A DNA stretch of 63,756 nt, filler included, from Hyphochytrium catenoides (lineage: Eukaryota > Protista > Hyphochytriomycota), in the NCBI GenBank assembly GCA_900088475.1. It is 11 parts of 11 records of this genome, joined end to end, with 100 filler letters (N's around TTAATTAATTAA, not from the genome) between each part and the next. Parts side by side here need not be neighbours in the genome. Positions count along the whole stretch, not along the records: positions 1 to 6,889 come from FLMG01000303.1; positions 6,990 to 13,421 come from FLMG01003009.1; 9 more parts are not named here. The stretch is one strand, 5' to 3'. Below the pieces are notes generated by a model, which was not told where the DNA came from, made no database searches, and saw only the letters and a program-made list of their open reading frames with translations. Below are positions 1 through 13,521 of this stretch, in pieces (the stretch's first letter is position 1; every line of letters starts with the position of its first letter). A program made the position numbers and the translations under genes.

Positions 1-2162
1 GCTCCCGACCAGAATCTCTAGCACAAAGAACATCCCTGGCCCTGCAGCATCTTCCGGGTCATCCGTTCAGTAGATGGGGCGGTGGCGTTGATCCTGATTG
101 ATGACATGTACAAATAACCATTGAGATGTGGCGCCTGTGCCTTATGAGTGAGGCCAAGCGACGTACGGGCCTGCCGTCAGCTCTCCGAGAACTAATTATG
201 AAGATCCGCAGATCTGCAGATTGAGATTTTGGGGCATTCTGTGCACTTGAGAAAGCCTTCCCCGCTGCCCCTGGAGGAGCACTGTAGGTCTCCCCTTCAC
301 TCCGAGGGGAGATCTCATCAATTCTCTCGTTATCACGTTTATTATCATTTAGTGATTATCAAAAAAGAGGTTTCGGTCGTTATTGTAAAAAATCTCAAGC
401 GACCATGACAGAACGGGTGGAGTACACCAAAAAAGTGACCAGCAGTGCACCACAAACAAGAACAGCGAAACTGTGGTGAACCTTAGAACTACTTGTCAAC
501 CAGCGCATCATCCACCACTAACATGATGATGCTGCCATCTCTGATCTGTGGTGATGGGATTGATCAGCTGAGATTCTTCTTCTTGTTGCTCTTCTCCTTC
601 TTCTTCGTCTTCTTCTTCTCTTTCATCTCTTCTTCTTCTTCTCTTTCTTCTCTTCTTCTGCTACGTCTTTGAGCAGTAGTAGGTTTATGAATAGCATCGT
701 CTGATTATATTACTAAAAAATAACGCAGATAATTCCTTTTCTTCGGTGATCGGCCTTTTGTTATCGAGAATTATTTATAATACCGTTAATGCATTATCCA
801 CTGAAGGAAGGAAGGAAGGAAAGGAGAAGAAAGAGGAAGAAATAAAATAAAAAAAAGATAAAGGAGAAGAAGAAGAAGAGTAGAAAACGGAGAACAAGAA
901 GAAGAGACTACAAGCTCTACAAAGCCTTGGTCTCTTCTAAGGAAAGCACAGCAATCAATAATCGCGCACAGTGACTTTCCAGCAGGTTATTATTATTTTG
1001 GATCTTTTCTTCTTCATTTTCAGGAAAGAAATGATGTAAACTCATCCCTTTTGAATGGCAAAAAGCACCATCGCTAACAAGAGAGGCACCGACTTCCTTC
1101 CACCATCTTGCAGTCACCTCCCTAGAAGAAAGACTCTTATCTACAGGCGTGGATGGTGCTTTTGCCACTCTGCGATTACTACTGCGCGGTCCCGATAAGG
1201 AACTGAAGATTGGTAATCATGACTCTGCCCATCTTCTCAAGGAAGGTGCAGGTTCTGTACAGGTACAGCGTGACAATTATTCCAAAGCCACATACGCACA
1301 ATTCCTGATGATTGATGTACACTCACTCTTGACCTCCCTTTCTCTTCAAGGAATTCTTGAAAGCGTTATCCAGCACCCGGCTCAGGGGCTGCCAGACGTT
1401 ATTGGGGTCCAGGCTTCACAGGTATATATCTATGGAGTTTGTGCGGATGCCAGTGGCCCTGCAACCCCTGATTATCCCTTCCTTCACCCTCCACCACACC
1501 CTTACAGACACATAATAATACATCCTAACCCTACCTCAGGATAGTCTGTTTATTAACCCATTAAGGATTGGTGTAGTAAGACCTGTCTGCACAATGATGG
1601 AATCTTCCCAAAGACTCGGGTCATTATTCGAGACCATTAGATCATTACCTAGGATTAACATTTTGCTGGTCCCGGGTATAAATCTCGGGTGGATTGGATG
1701 CTGTGGAGCGGGAAAGCGGTACGACAAGCCTGTGGCCCCCATCGCATGTATGGCGCTCTCTCTTTCTCTCTCTCTCTCTCTTCNNNNNNNNNNNNNNNNN
1801 NNNNNNNNNNNNNNNNNNNNNNNNNNNNNNNNNNNNNNNNNNNNTTTTTCCACACTCTCTCTCCCTCATCTATTTGCTCTCGGTCTCTTTCTTCCCCCTC
1901 GTTCGCTTTCTCTCTCTCTTATCTCTCTCTCTCCCATTCGCTCCCTCAGTCTCTTTCGCTCTCTCTCTTTCCTTATAGCCTCTAAAGCTGTCTCTTCTTA
2001 CCTCTGTCTCTCTCTCTCTCTCTCCCCCTTCATCACACTGCCTCACACTGGCTCTACATCATCTTCTGGCTCCTCCACCTCTCACCACTTGTCGCTCCAC
2101 TGTGACGTCCCACCTTTCAGGAGAGTCATCTCTTTCTCACTCTGTCTCTTCTCTATCGCTAA

Positions 2163-3782
<1,620 letters not shown>

Positions 3783-4466
3783 GCAACAGAGAGAGAAGAC
3801 TCACTCGCTGTCTTTTTGGTCTCTCTCTCTCTCTTTCTTCCTGTTCCTTGCGCCTGGCCTCCTTCCGTTTTTGCGGGAAGGTGAGGGCCCAAGGTAAAGA
3901 GAGAGAGAGAGAGAGATTGGACACCGAGTCGAGGAGCTGCGGCGCTACCACTGAGGCTAAACAGTCAGTGCTAGTGCTCGTTCTTTCTCTTGGCATTAGA
4001 GGCGCTATGTATGAGGGCTATTAAAACTCTTTAATGAACTAGCAAGGAATAAGACTCCTTGTTTTTCTTATTGAAAACCATGGTTGATGAGCTGTCTTCT
4101 CTCTCTCTCTCTCTCTCTGCAGTTATACTCTTCTCATTGTCGAAGGAAAATCTCTCTCTTATAACTGTCTTTGTATTTGCGCGCTGGTATTAGGTTCATT
4201 GGCATCTGTCTCGCTGAAGGACGAGAGAGAGAGAGAATGATTTCTCTCTTGACTCTTCTCTTTTCTAAACAGGTTGCCTTCCTCACTTTGTCTTCCTTTC
4301 CCTTTTCTACCTCTTGGAAGTCTCCGCGCTCTCATGTGCTTTCCTCTCCACTATCTATCCTCTCTATTCTTGGTCAGAGTGTCTGCTGCTTCTCCGTCTC
4401 TTTTTGAATCAATTCCGTGTCACTTCTTTCTCTTCCTTTCTCTCTCGATGTTTCTTTCTCTCTCTC

Positions 4467-4501
<35 letters not shown>

Positions 4502-4704
4502 CGCACACTCACGGCTTTATCCTGTTGTCCTGTCAAACACTTCTTCCAGTGAACTAGAGGAATACTTAGCTGACGTGCATTCAACTTAACTGAACAACCA
4601 AAAGCGACATAAACTTCCTCCAATTTAGAAAAAGGGAGATTCAACATTCATTAACATCTCTCTCTCTCACTCTCTCTCTCTCACTCACTCTCTCTGTCTC
4701 TCTC

Positions 4705-6889
4705 TCAGTCTGCATCCACATCATCGATATGCTTGCTATACTGTTCATAGAGCTCTGCATTCTTTCTCAGATGCACGCCCAGAGGACCGAGGAGACGCTT
4801 GAAAGTGTCCCGCTGAAGAGCCAAAAGTCCTGTCTCCTTCGTAGCGCTCACAGTCGCTTTCCGCACTGATAAAAGGAGAGAGAATGTTAGAAAAGCGGAT
4901 GATTCGAGAGGAAAAGGGGAGAGAGAAGTACGCAGACAGAGAGAGAGAGAGAGAGAGAAACAGAGAGAGCCCCGACGACCGAGAGACAGATTGATATATA
5001 GAGAGAGAGAAGGAGCAATAGGGCGGGAGAGAGAAGGAGAGGGGGAGAGACATTCAGAGCGAGAGAGAGGGGGAGAGAGAGACAGAGTAGAAAGAAAAAG
5101 AATGGGAAGAAAGGAGAGAGAAAAGAAGAGGGAGAGAGCGAGCGAGAGAGAGCAAAAGTGGAAGGAAGAGTTGTCACAGTGAAGCCAGACGTCATGGGTC
5201 TGACCATCTCTGGTCAATGCGAGAGAAGAGAGACACAAGATGCCAGGACAATGAAAAGAGATACTTATCTAGTGCGAATAAAGGGGTGGAGACATAGAGA
5301 GAAAGAGCGAAAGGACGGAGAGAGCGAGAGAGAGCAAAAGGGAGATGGAAGAAGAGGACGAATAGACAATGTGAGAGAGAGAGAGATTTAGATAGAGAGA
5401 TAGAGCGAGAGAGAGAGCGAGAGAGAGAGCGAGAGAGAGAGAGAAGGAGAGCGAATACCTTCATCAGTGAGGAGCGCAAGTTCTCCGAAGTAGTCTCCCG
5501 ACGTGAGTCTTCGTGACACTTCCTCTTCCTCTGTCTTCTTTGTGCACTTGACCTCTCCGTACTCGATGATGTAAAACTCATCGCCCTGGTCCCCCTCTCG
5601 CACAATAACTTCTCCTAAGATGGACACACACAGAGAGAGAGAGAAGAGAGAAAGAGGAAAGAGGTTGATCAATAACGGAGAGAGAGGGACACGGGGGGAG
5701 AGAGAGAGGCACATGGAGAGGGAGACACAGAGAGAGATACGAGACACATTGGTAAGAAAAAGGAGGAGGAGGAAAGAAGAGAAGAAGAGCAGGAAATAGC
5801 CTCAGAGCTAAGGAAAGGGGAGAGAGACTCTGAGAGGGAAACCCGCAGGACCAGAGAGCGCCAAGAACCCACGCGGTAGAGAGAGAAGACAAAAGAAGCG
5901 AGAGTGCTGAGAGAGGCAGACATAGATGTAGAGATGGATAAATAGTACAGAGGGAGAAAAGGAGACAAAAGACAGTTGGAGGAGAAAGAAACAAAAAACA
6001 GAGATAGAGATAAGAAACATTGGAAGGAGAGAGACATAGAGAGAAAGAGAGGGACACACAGGAAGAGGAGAGAGACAGGGAGAGAGACAGAGAGACAGAG
6101 AGAGAGACAAAGACAAGAAGAGAGAGAGAGAGAGAGACGGATTAACCTACCTGGCTGGACGGTGAGGGCATGTAATCCCTCGCAAAGGATGAGAAGATCG
6201 TGTTGTGCGAGGGTGGAGAGGAGAGGGACAGACTTTAGGAAGGTCGTGTACCGCTTCTGGATCTCTATCGCTGATGTCATCACAATCCGCTTGAACGTGG
6301 TCCTAGAGAGAGAGAGAGAGAGGGAGGCAGAGAGAGAGAGAGACAGAGACAGAGAGAAAGAGACAGAGAGAGAGTCAGATGAATAGAGAAAAAGAAGAGA
6401 GGTGAGAGAGGGAGACAGACAGAAAGAAGAAGAGAGACACAGACAGACCAAAAAAGACTCAGAGTGAGAAAGATCTAAAAAGGAGAAAGGCAAAGAGAAA
6501 AGAGCAACAGCCAGCAAGGAAGAAAAGAAAGGATAATAGAGTGAAGGAAAGAGAGGGAGAGAGAGAGTAAAAAGAGAGAGGTATATGTACATATATTTAT
6601 TGAGAAAGAGAAAAAAGAGAGAAAGGGAGAGAGAAAGTGAAGAGAGAGACGACGTCAGAAGAGGACGAGCCAGAGAGGAAGGTGCAACGGGGACGCTACG
6701 GGAAAAAGAGAATGATAGAGAAGACAGAGAGAGACAGAGAGTAGCGGGAAGAGGTTGAGGGAGAGACAGAGAGAGACACAAGAGAGAAAGACTGACCGAT
6801 CCAAGGTCCAAGTCACGACAGCTGTCTTGGCTGTGACGGTGGCCGCACGAGGAGAGTCGTAGAGCAGCGCCAGCTCGCCAAAGTAATTC
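4705..6889 (-). CDS. cAMP-dependent protein kinase regulatory subunit, 5'-truncated by contig end; exons ~6797-6889, 6151-6303, 5459-5614, 4705-4865
   Basis: Two cNMP phosphate-binding cassettes: YFGELALLYDSPRAATVTA and YFGELALLTDE/VRKATVSA. Also IVREGDQGDEFYIIEYGEV and RDTFKRLLGP. GT-AG junctions join the exons in frame. Confidence 0.93.
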
Positions 6890-6989
6890 NNNNNNNNNNN
6901 NNNNNNNNNNNNNNNNNNNNNNNNNNNNNNNNNTTAATTAATTAANNNNNNNNNNNNNNNNNNNNNNNNNNNNNNNNNNNNNNNNNNNN
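6890..6989. other. Artificial contig-joining spacer
   Basis: N44-TTAATTAATTAA-N44; the 12-mer gives stops in all six frames. Confidence 0.97.
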
Positions 6990-7014
6990 CGTCTTGAGGT
7001 ATCAGGAAGACAAG

Positions 7015-9567
7015 ATGTGGGTGCTTGACATTCTTACCGAGGATGGTGCCATTGAAAGGAGCTGCCACTTAGTGGAGGGTGAGTTTACGCTGGGAAGAGG
7101 CTCACGGTCTTCCGCAACAGACATACCGTTTGCCATTACCTATATATCAAAGTACCAAGCGAAGGTCATCGTGGAAGGTAGGAACTTTAACCCAGCCAAA
7201 CAGAGCACGCAACAGCGGCTAGTCCTTAAGGACGAGGCAGGGTAAGATTATTCTTTCCTCTTATGGCTTCTTCTTTCTGATTGTTGACCGCGGACTGGCA
7301 GAAAGAAAAGCACTCAGGTGAACGGGGAGACACTTTCTCCCCATGAGCAGAGAGACCTGCAAGAAGGGGATGTTATAGCCATTGGTGACCATCGGAGCCC
7401 AGAGAAGCATGCGCGCATCATTGTTCGTCAGTGGAAAGTCCTCGCCGTTCTTTCACAGGTCCGCGTACTTCCCACTAGACTGTCCCAATTGAACCCTTTT
7501 CGCATCGTTGAAAAGTAATCTCAATTTTGTGAATGAACTGAACAGGTTCAGAGGCAGGACAGACAAGCCCTCTTAGCTGCTTTTACCAAGCTTGGCTTCT
7601 ACTTTCTCAGAAAATCAGACATGACGCTTGCCACGCACCTCTTCATGCCCACCTTGATGCCCACCGTTAAGTCTCTTCTTGCAATGCTGACGGGAGTGGT
7701 AAGAGCTATCGTGCTGTGTACACTGACCCATCAGTATCAACGACTTATGACCTGCTACTTTTAAGCCCATAGTTACCAAGGAGTGGGCCTCAAGCATATT
7801 GAGAAGGACCAAAGTGGCGGAACCCATTCCTCCTGTAGATCAATACCTTCCAAGCCCCATTCCAGGTAAGTCAGGTCGCCAGATGGCAGGTACAATGCAG
7901 GCGGCAGTAGTGTGTGCACCGAACTAGAGAGGGGGAAAAGCAATAGAGCAGTGAAACACCACGACACGCAGTGCTACGGGGATACACAAGTCTTAGAATC
8001 TTTAACCTCAGGTTGACCTTCTTGTACAGGATTGGATTTTGACCTGACACTTCTAAGAGGGCAAGAGACTATTGCTGCATCACGGAAGTACATCGTAGTC
8101 TCCCTGTGTAGCTCCGACCTTGAGCACCTAGTGACTGTGACAGAAGGAAGATTAGTTAAGGGCTATGATCAAGACCAAGACGCGATCGCTAAGCAGCTCA
8201 AAGAAGCTCTCCGCAGCGCAGAAGGTACATCTAAGTTTCCGACGACAAAAGAAGAGCTTAACTTAGCCAAATAGAGCAGATGAATTGCTGGCAGCTGAAG
8301 GACTGGAGTCGTTGGACAGTGGAGAGAAACATGTGGGAAAGGGCAGAAATGATTGAGAGGAGACTGATCATAGAGCGAGTAGACGTGGAGGACAACTGCC
8401 CTGCCGTATGGATACACTATGCTGAGTAATCCTGATAGGCAAGCAGATCGTCGTTATACAGCCCAATGAGTCGCAAGGGGCACCAGGAGAGACTGGAGAG
8501 GCGATGAAAGCCGTCTCGGCTTTCCCGCACCAAGTCCAGACAGAGCACGAGTTTGCGACTAGTCTTCTAGAGGAGATTCGGTACTCTTTGCCTCAAAGAC
8601 AAGACAGCAGCACATTGCTAGTTGATCAGGAACCTTCAACTGAAAACAGACCTGCAGGCTCTTTGGCCACTGCAAGGCAACCTAGCCCCATGTCTGACCG
8701 CAGCAACACGACAGATGGCCCCACCCAGGTGGACCCAATGATAGAGAGTGAAATAACCGCAAAGGACACAAGAAGCAAGAGGAAAACTGTCAGAGGGCCA
8801 AGGGTAAGCCCTGAAAAGCGCAAGATGAACGAGGATCCATCGATGTCTCCTGAAGGAGACGAGACTTCCGTGACTGCCAGCTCAGAGACTCCCTCTCGAG
8901 CCAGCAGTTCTTCATCAAAGAAGTCTGACAAGTCCGTCCGGACACAAGAGGGTCAAGCAAATGAGGAGAGGAGCCGTCAACAAAATAATGCTGTACCTAC
9001 TAATGACCAGCCCACTGCAGCAGTGCAGCTGGACCAGGACAGAGCAAAAGTGATTAACGATCCGGCAAAGCGAGGAGGAAAGCGCTTCGTCAAGAAGTGG
9101 AAGAGCAGTTTGCCCTCAAAGTAAGGCTTATCCAGCTCCATCGCGATTCGTTGATGGCGTGCGTGTTACTTCCTCTGGCCTTCATCCTATGTCTCCATCC
9201 TGCAAGCCAATTCTACGCCTTCGCCACTCACGACACTAATGGTCTCAACCTCTCTCCACTTTGATATGGTTTACTAAGTACTCTGCGTCCGATACCACTT
9301 TGTCACTATATTTTCCGCTTTGGTCCATCCTCACGCTTTTAACTTTCTCTGTTCTTTGAATCCTTGCGTGGCGATTGTCTAATGTGTCCTCACCGTCATT
9401 CTTCCTTCATGCTTCTCCATCGGGCGCACATCAGCAAAGTTTATGTATGTCAAGCTCCAGGTGTTCGCCTAGTCACTCGCTGTCCCCGTCGTCGCGAAGT
9501 GGAAGAAGACAAGCAGCTATTAGAAGAGCAAGAAGAAAGAGCAGCTGCCTATTATCGCCTGAGGTGA
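7015..9567 (+). CDS. NBN: Nibrin/NBS1-like protein (FHA + BRCT-like region + disordered tail), multi-exon
   Basis: Starts MWVL. FHA segments FTLGRG...ISKYQA...LVLKDEAG/KKSTQVNG...LQEGDVIAIG. BRCT-like THLFMPTLMPTVKSLLAMLTGV/PIVTKEW...PPVDQYLP. Late GKRFVKK resembles the Mre11-binding KxFxK motif. Acidic end EEQEERAAAYYRLR resembles the ATM/Tel1-binding tail. Short GT-AG introns; middle exons not fully resolved. Confidence 0.72.
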
Positions 9568-9829
9568 AGCACATAAACGACAGACCTAGACGGAAGAATG
9601 ATTAAGACAATACGCCCCTTTGTTGAAAGATGTTTATTCTTTCCTTAGCTCCACCTATGTGGACGGTATCCTAGAAGAGTGTCGTATCGCAAGCACAGAA
9701 GATGATGAAACAGACTGACAAACAGACAGACAGGCGCATAATGTGGGAGCTGAAGCAGAGTGAAGGAGGCAACTGATTACAGAGAACAAAGAATGACAAG
9801 TTATTGCCCTGCTAGGCCTATCCTCTTCT

Positions 9830-12800
9830 CTAGAGAATTCTGGGCTTGTGAAACAGAGCTTCCACAAGATCTGCAGCCGCGGCACATCCTTCGTTGTCTA
9901 ATATCCCTGCGTGTCTCGTGATAATAGGCTGTTCCGCTAGGTAAAGAGCCAGCTCCGACGCCGAGATAGAGCAAGGATTAGAAGAAGAAGCAACAGAAGA
10001 TAAAGATGCAGAGGAAGACGAAGAGGACAGGCAAGAGAGAGAGGAAGATGGGGAAAGCGAGGCAGACACCCTTGCAGAAGAGGAAGAAGAGAGAGATGGA
10101 GATGCAAGGCTAGAAGAAAGATCATCGGCGGGGGGCTGGCAAGAGTAAGAGATAGCTCCGCTCTCTGAATGCCGATGCTCCTTTAGCACGCCTTCCTCAA
10201 CGAACATAGCAAAGGCAGTATCCAAAAGATCCGAAGACAGTGACTCTTTAGAAAGAGAGAGGATTCTCTCTGATGAAGGAGAGAGAAGTGATGACCGAAC
10301 AACTTCTCTCAACTGTCCCTTTGACAGACCTTCAAAAAGATCAATCGTTGGGAGGGAACGTAGAGTAGCCCAGCAGCTGACCAGGTAAGGCCGGACAAGA
10401 GAAGCAAGAAGAGCCATTCTGGTCGAAGACAGAAGAGAGATCACTACATCTCCCCGAGTGGGATCTTCTTCCAAGGAAAAGAATAGCTTACAAGATGAAG
10501 ACGCATTTGTTCTCCCTCGCCGTTGATATCCTTGACAATGTTCACTCAAGAGAGACGATGCACTGCTGGAAGGGGAGAGACACAACCGCCTGAGGAATGG
10601 TTGAATGTAGTTGATTCTACCCTCAACCTCTTCACTCGTCACCGCTCTCCATCCGCTCTCTTTCAGGGCTGCAAGGTAGGCCACGGCGACTGTGCTGGGG
10701 CCCAACAAAGGGAAAAGAACTTGGTTCCGATAGAAAGACATATCGAGTAGTTCACCAGTTTTGCACTTCAGCAAAGTGTAAGCGAGAGAAGACCCTTCCC
10801 CTCGCGAACGGACTTTGTCTCCAAGCACTGTAAGAGCAGAGTTGACCAACTCTGAAGTACTGGTGAAGGGGCAGCAAGAAACACCAAGTTCTTCGAGAAG
10901 AGAGACCAGCCACTCCACCGTCTCAAGCAGTTCTTTCCGAGAAACCCAGCGTTGGCGATTGGAGAGAAGCACGGCAGTGACAAGGGGTGTAGATACAATG
11001 GTTGCCGCCTTTTGCATGCCATTCGCAATGGTTTCAGCAAGCCGATGAATGACCATCCGACATCTCTTCTCTCTTTCTTCACTTACTTCTCGTATCTCTT
11101 CCGGTTTGGAGTCTTCTGGCTGGAGGAAGCTTCCTAAACTAACAGGAGATCCATATCTCACGCATGCCTTGCCATTCTTTGCAGGAGAGAGAAGAATGTG
11201 GAGGCCTGCGCGCAGAGTATTCCATATGCTTTCTCTTTCTTTCGGCTTTCCCAGAAGCTCTTTGGCATATCCGGCGCTTTCCAGTACTCTATCGTAATCA
11301 ATCGAGATTGGGACAAGGAGCACGTCCTCTCTTCTCTCCTCCGTCTTTCTCTCTTCCTCCCTGTCTAGGTCTTTTCCAGCTCTCTGTTCTTGCGCTCTGA
11401 GGTAATCCACAATCATGGAAAGCATTCCCACCTTGGGCGCGCAAACTCTCCCATGCCTGGACCTTCCGCCCTCTATGAAAAACTCTAGTCCACACTTTTC
11501 CTCCAACAGGCCATGCAGGTAAGACTTCAGTACCTGTGATGAGATAGGAGAGCGAATAAATAGAGTTCAGCACTAAGTCTCTTTGTGTCTTCAAGAGGAA
11601 GAAGAGACATAAGTTTGCCCTTTCTCTTTTCCATCTTCTCCTATCCCACTGCCCCTTTCTCTCTCCTCTTTGCTCGCTTTAGGGCCGTCTTACCTCTTTG
11701 TACAGATTGTCCCCTCTGAAAGATCTTCGTATAAAAAAGCTTCCCCCGCCCCTCAGAAGAGGACCAAAAACAGGTATATTCAGGTTATTCCCTGCTGCAA
11801 TGATAGGAATGGGCAGCTCATACGCAAAATTGACGTAGCTCATCATGAGGTAGTCCAAATGGCTCTTATGAGTGGGCAAGAAGACGACCGCGGTGCCAGG
11901 GCCTACGAAGGTAGGAAGAGAAGAGCGATGTAGAAGAGAAGAGTGAGCCTTACAGGTGGAAGACAAAGGGCTTTAGGGTAGCAGTAGGTACTTTTAGAGA
12001 ATTATGTCAGCGCATGAGTGGAAGCGAGTAGAGAGCAGCAAGGTTAGGCCTAGAGGGGCGAACAGATATGGATAGCCAGAAGGCACTCAGCCGAGACTTG
12101 CCACCTTAGAAAACCCCATCAAAGTACTCTCCCGAGGCAGAAGGGGAGAAGGTGGAGAATAAGATGCAAGGCATACCGGCATTTTCGATCTCATTCCTGA
12201 TCCTCTCTAAGCTCTCGACATCCAGATAGACCTCTTCAAAAAGTACTCTCCACAATTTAGAAAGAGACCAGCCAAGGAAACGGATCACTCTCATTGAGAA
12301 GCGGCTCTTCATGTCCTTGAGAACGGCTTGCGCTTTGGCTCTCTCTTTTTCTCCTTTCTCTTCCTGGCTTTCAAGACTTCGCAGAATCACTCTCTGATCA
12401 AATCCACCACTGACCTGGTTTACTTTCTTCCCCACATCACTATCAGGAGAATAAGAAGAGAGAGAGAATGCAAGGTCCGTCATGCCACTTGCCCTTAGGA
12501 GCCGGCCGGATAGTGTCGACTCCAAGAAGGAGAGAGAAGGAGAAGCTCCTCCTCCTCCTGTCAGATCTCTCTCTCGTCTCCGTTGATGAGCAGGTGCAAG
12601 CAGCCATTCCCGATTGAGGATATTGACATACTTAGACGCCGACATGTTGCCATGAGCTTCGTCAGAAGACTCAACCAGGGCCATCTTTGTTGTTCCTTCT
12701 TGCTTGACGTCATTGTCAACGCAGAGCTCTACTTTGATTAGCTCCCTCGCTTCACCTCTTGTTCTTTCTTCACCTCCCCTTACCTTAGGGCTTTTGTAGA

Positions 12801-13248
12801 GCACTTTCTCAATTAACGGCGGAGGAAGCAGAGACTGCTTGATGTCAAATAGAGACTCTGACTCTGGCTCCAGGTAAGGACTTCGCATAGAAGGAGGAAG
12901 AGGCCATGGCTCTGAAGAAGAGGAGGAGAAGGCTGTCTTCTCCTCTGCGCTGACCACTTCATGGCCCACCAGGATGGAGGTCACCGCCGCCACAGAGACA
13001 GAGGTGGCAAGAGCCTGTCTTCCTTTGGAGGTCCTTCTCTTTCCAGTCTCTCGTATGAAGAGGGTCCTTCCCATCTTCAGCTTCTTCTCGATTTTCCTGA
13101 GCTTTATCGCGCCCAATGTGTCGTGAGTCTTTCTTTTATATTTGCGATACAAGGACTGGATCCGCCGCGCGGCGGTAGTCTGGAGCTCTGCCCGGATATC
13201 TTGCGTGCTGTGCGTGGCATTCTTCACCAAGGGCTTCAAGACCGGCAT
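9830..13248 (-). CDS. Glycerol-3-phosphate / DHAP acyltransferase (PlsB/GPAT family); exons 12177-13248, 11694-11902, 9830-11533
   Basis: Motif I FLPTHKSHLDY (HX4D), IAAGNNL, motif II GSFFIRRSF, motif III FFIEGGRSRHG, motif IV VPISIDYDRVLE. In-frame GT-AG introns. Confidence 0.93.
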
Positions 13249-13421
13249 TACCCTGCTCTCTGGGACTGACCTTTGTCTCTCTATTCACCTTCCTACTTCC
13301 CCGTGCTTTCTTTTTGGTCCTTGAGTCTTTTCTCCCTTCTATTTATCTTCTGAAGAGATGCCAAGACCACTGAAGGGTAAGAAAAGCTTTAGCCTCTCTA
13401 CTATTTGATGCAGCTGGTTGA

Positions 13422-13521
13422 NNNNNNNNNNNNNNNNNNNNNNNNNNNNNNNNNNNNNNNNNNNNTTAATTAATTAANNNNNNNNNNNNNNNNNNNNNNN
13501 NNNNNNNNNNNNNNNNNNNNN
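13422..13521. other. Artificial contig-joining spacer
   Basis: N44-TTAATTAATTAA-N44. Confidence 0.97.

Noticed and set aside
1-1783. ORFs 917-1168 and 1149-1544 as genes or a transposase remnant
   Set aside because: No recognisable motifs or consistent splice structure.
6934-6945. Recurrent TTAATTAATTAA palindrome (10 copies) as a biological repeat or recombination site
   Set aside because: Always centred in exactly 44+44 Ns; it is a synthetic contig linker.
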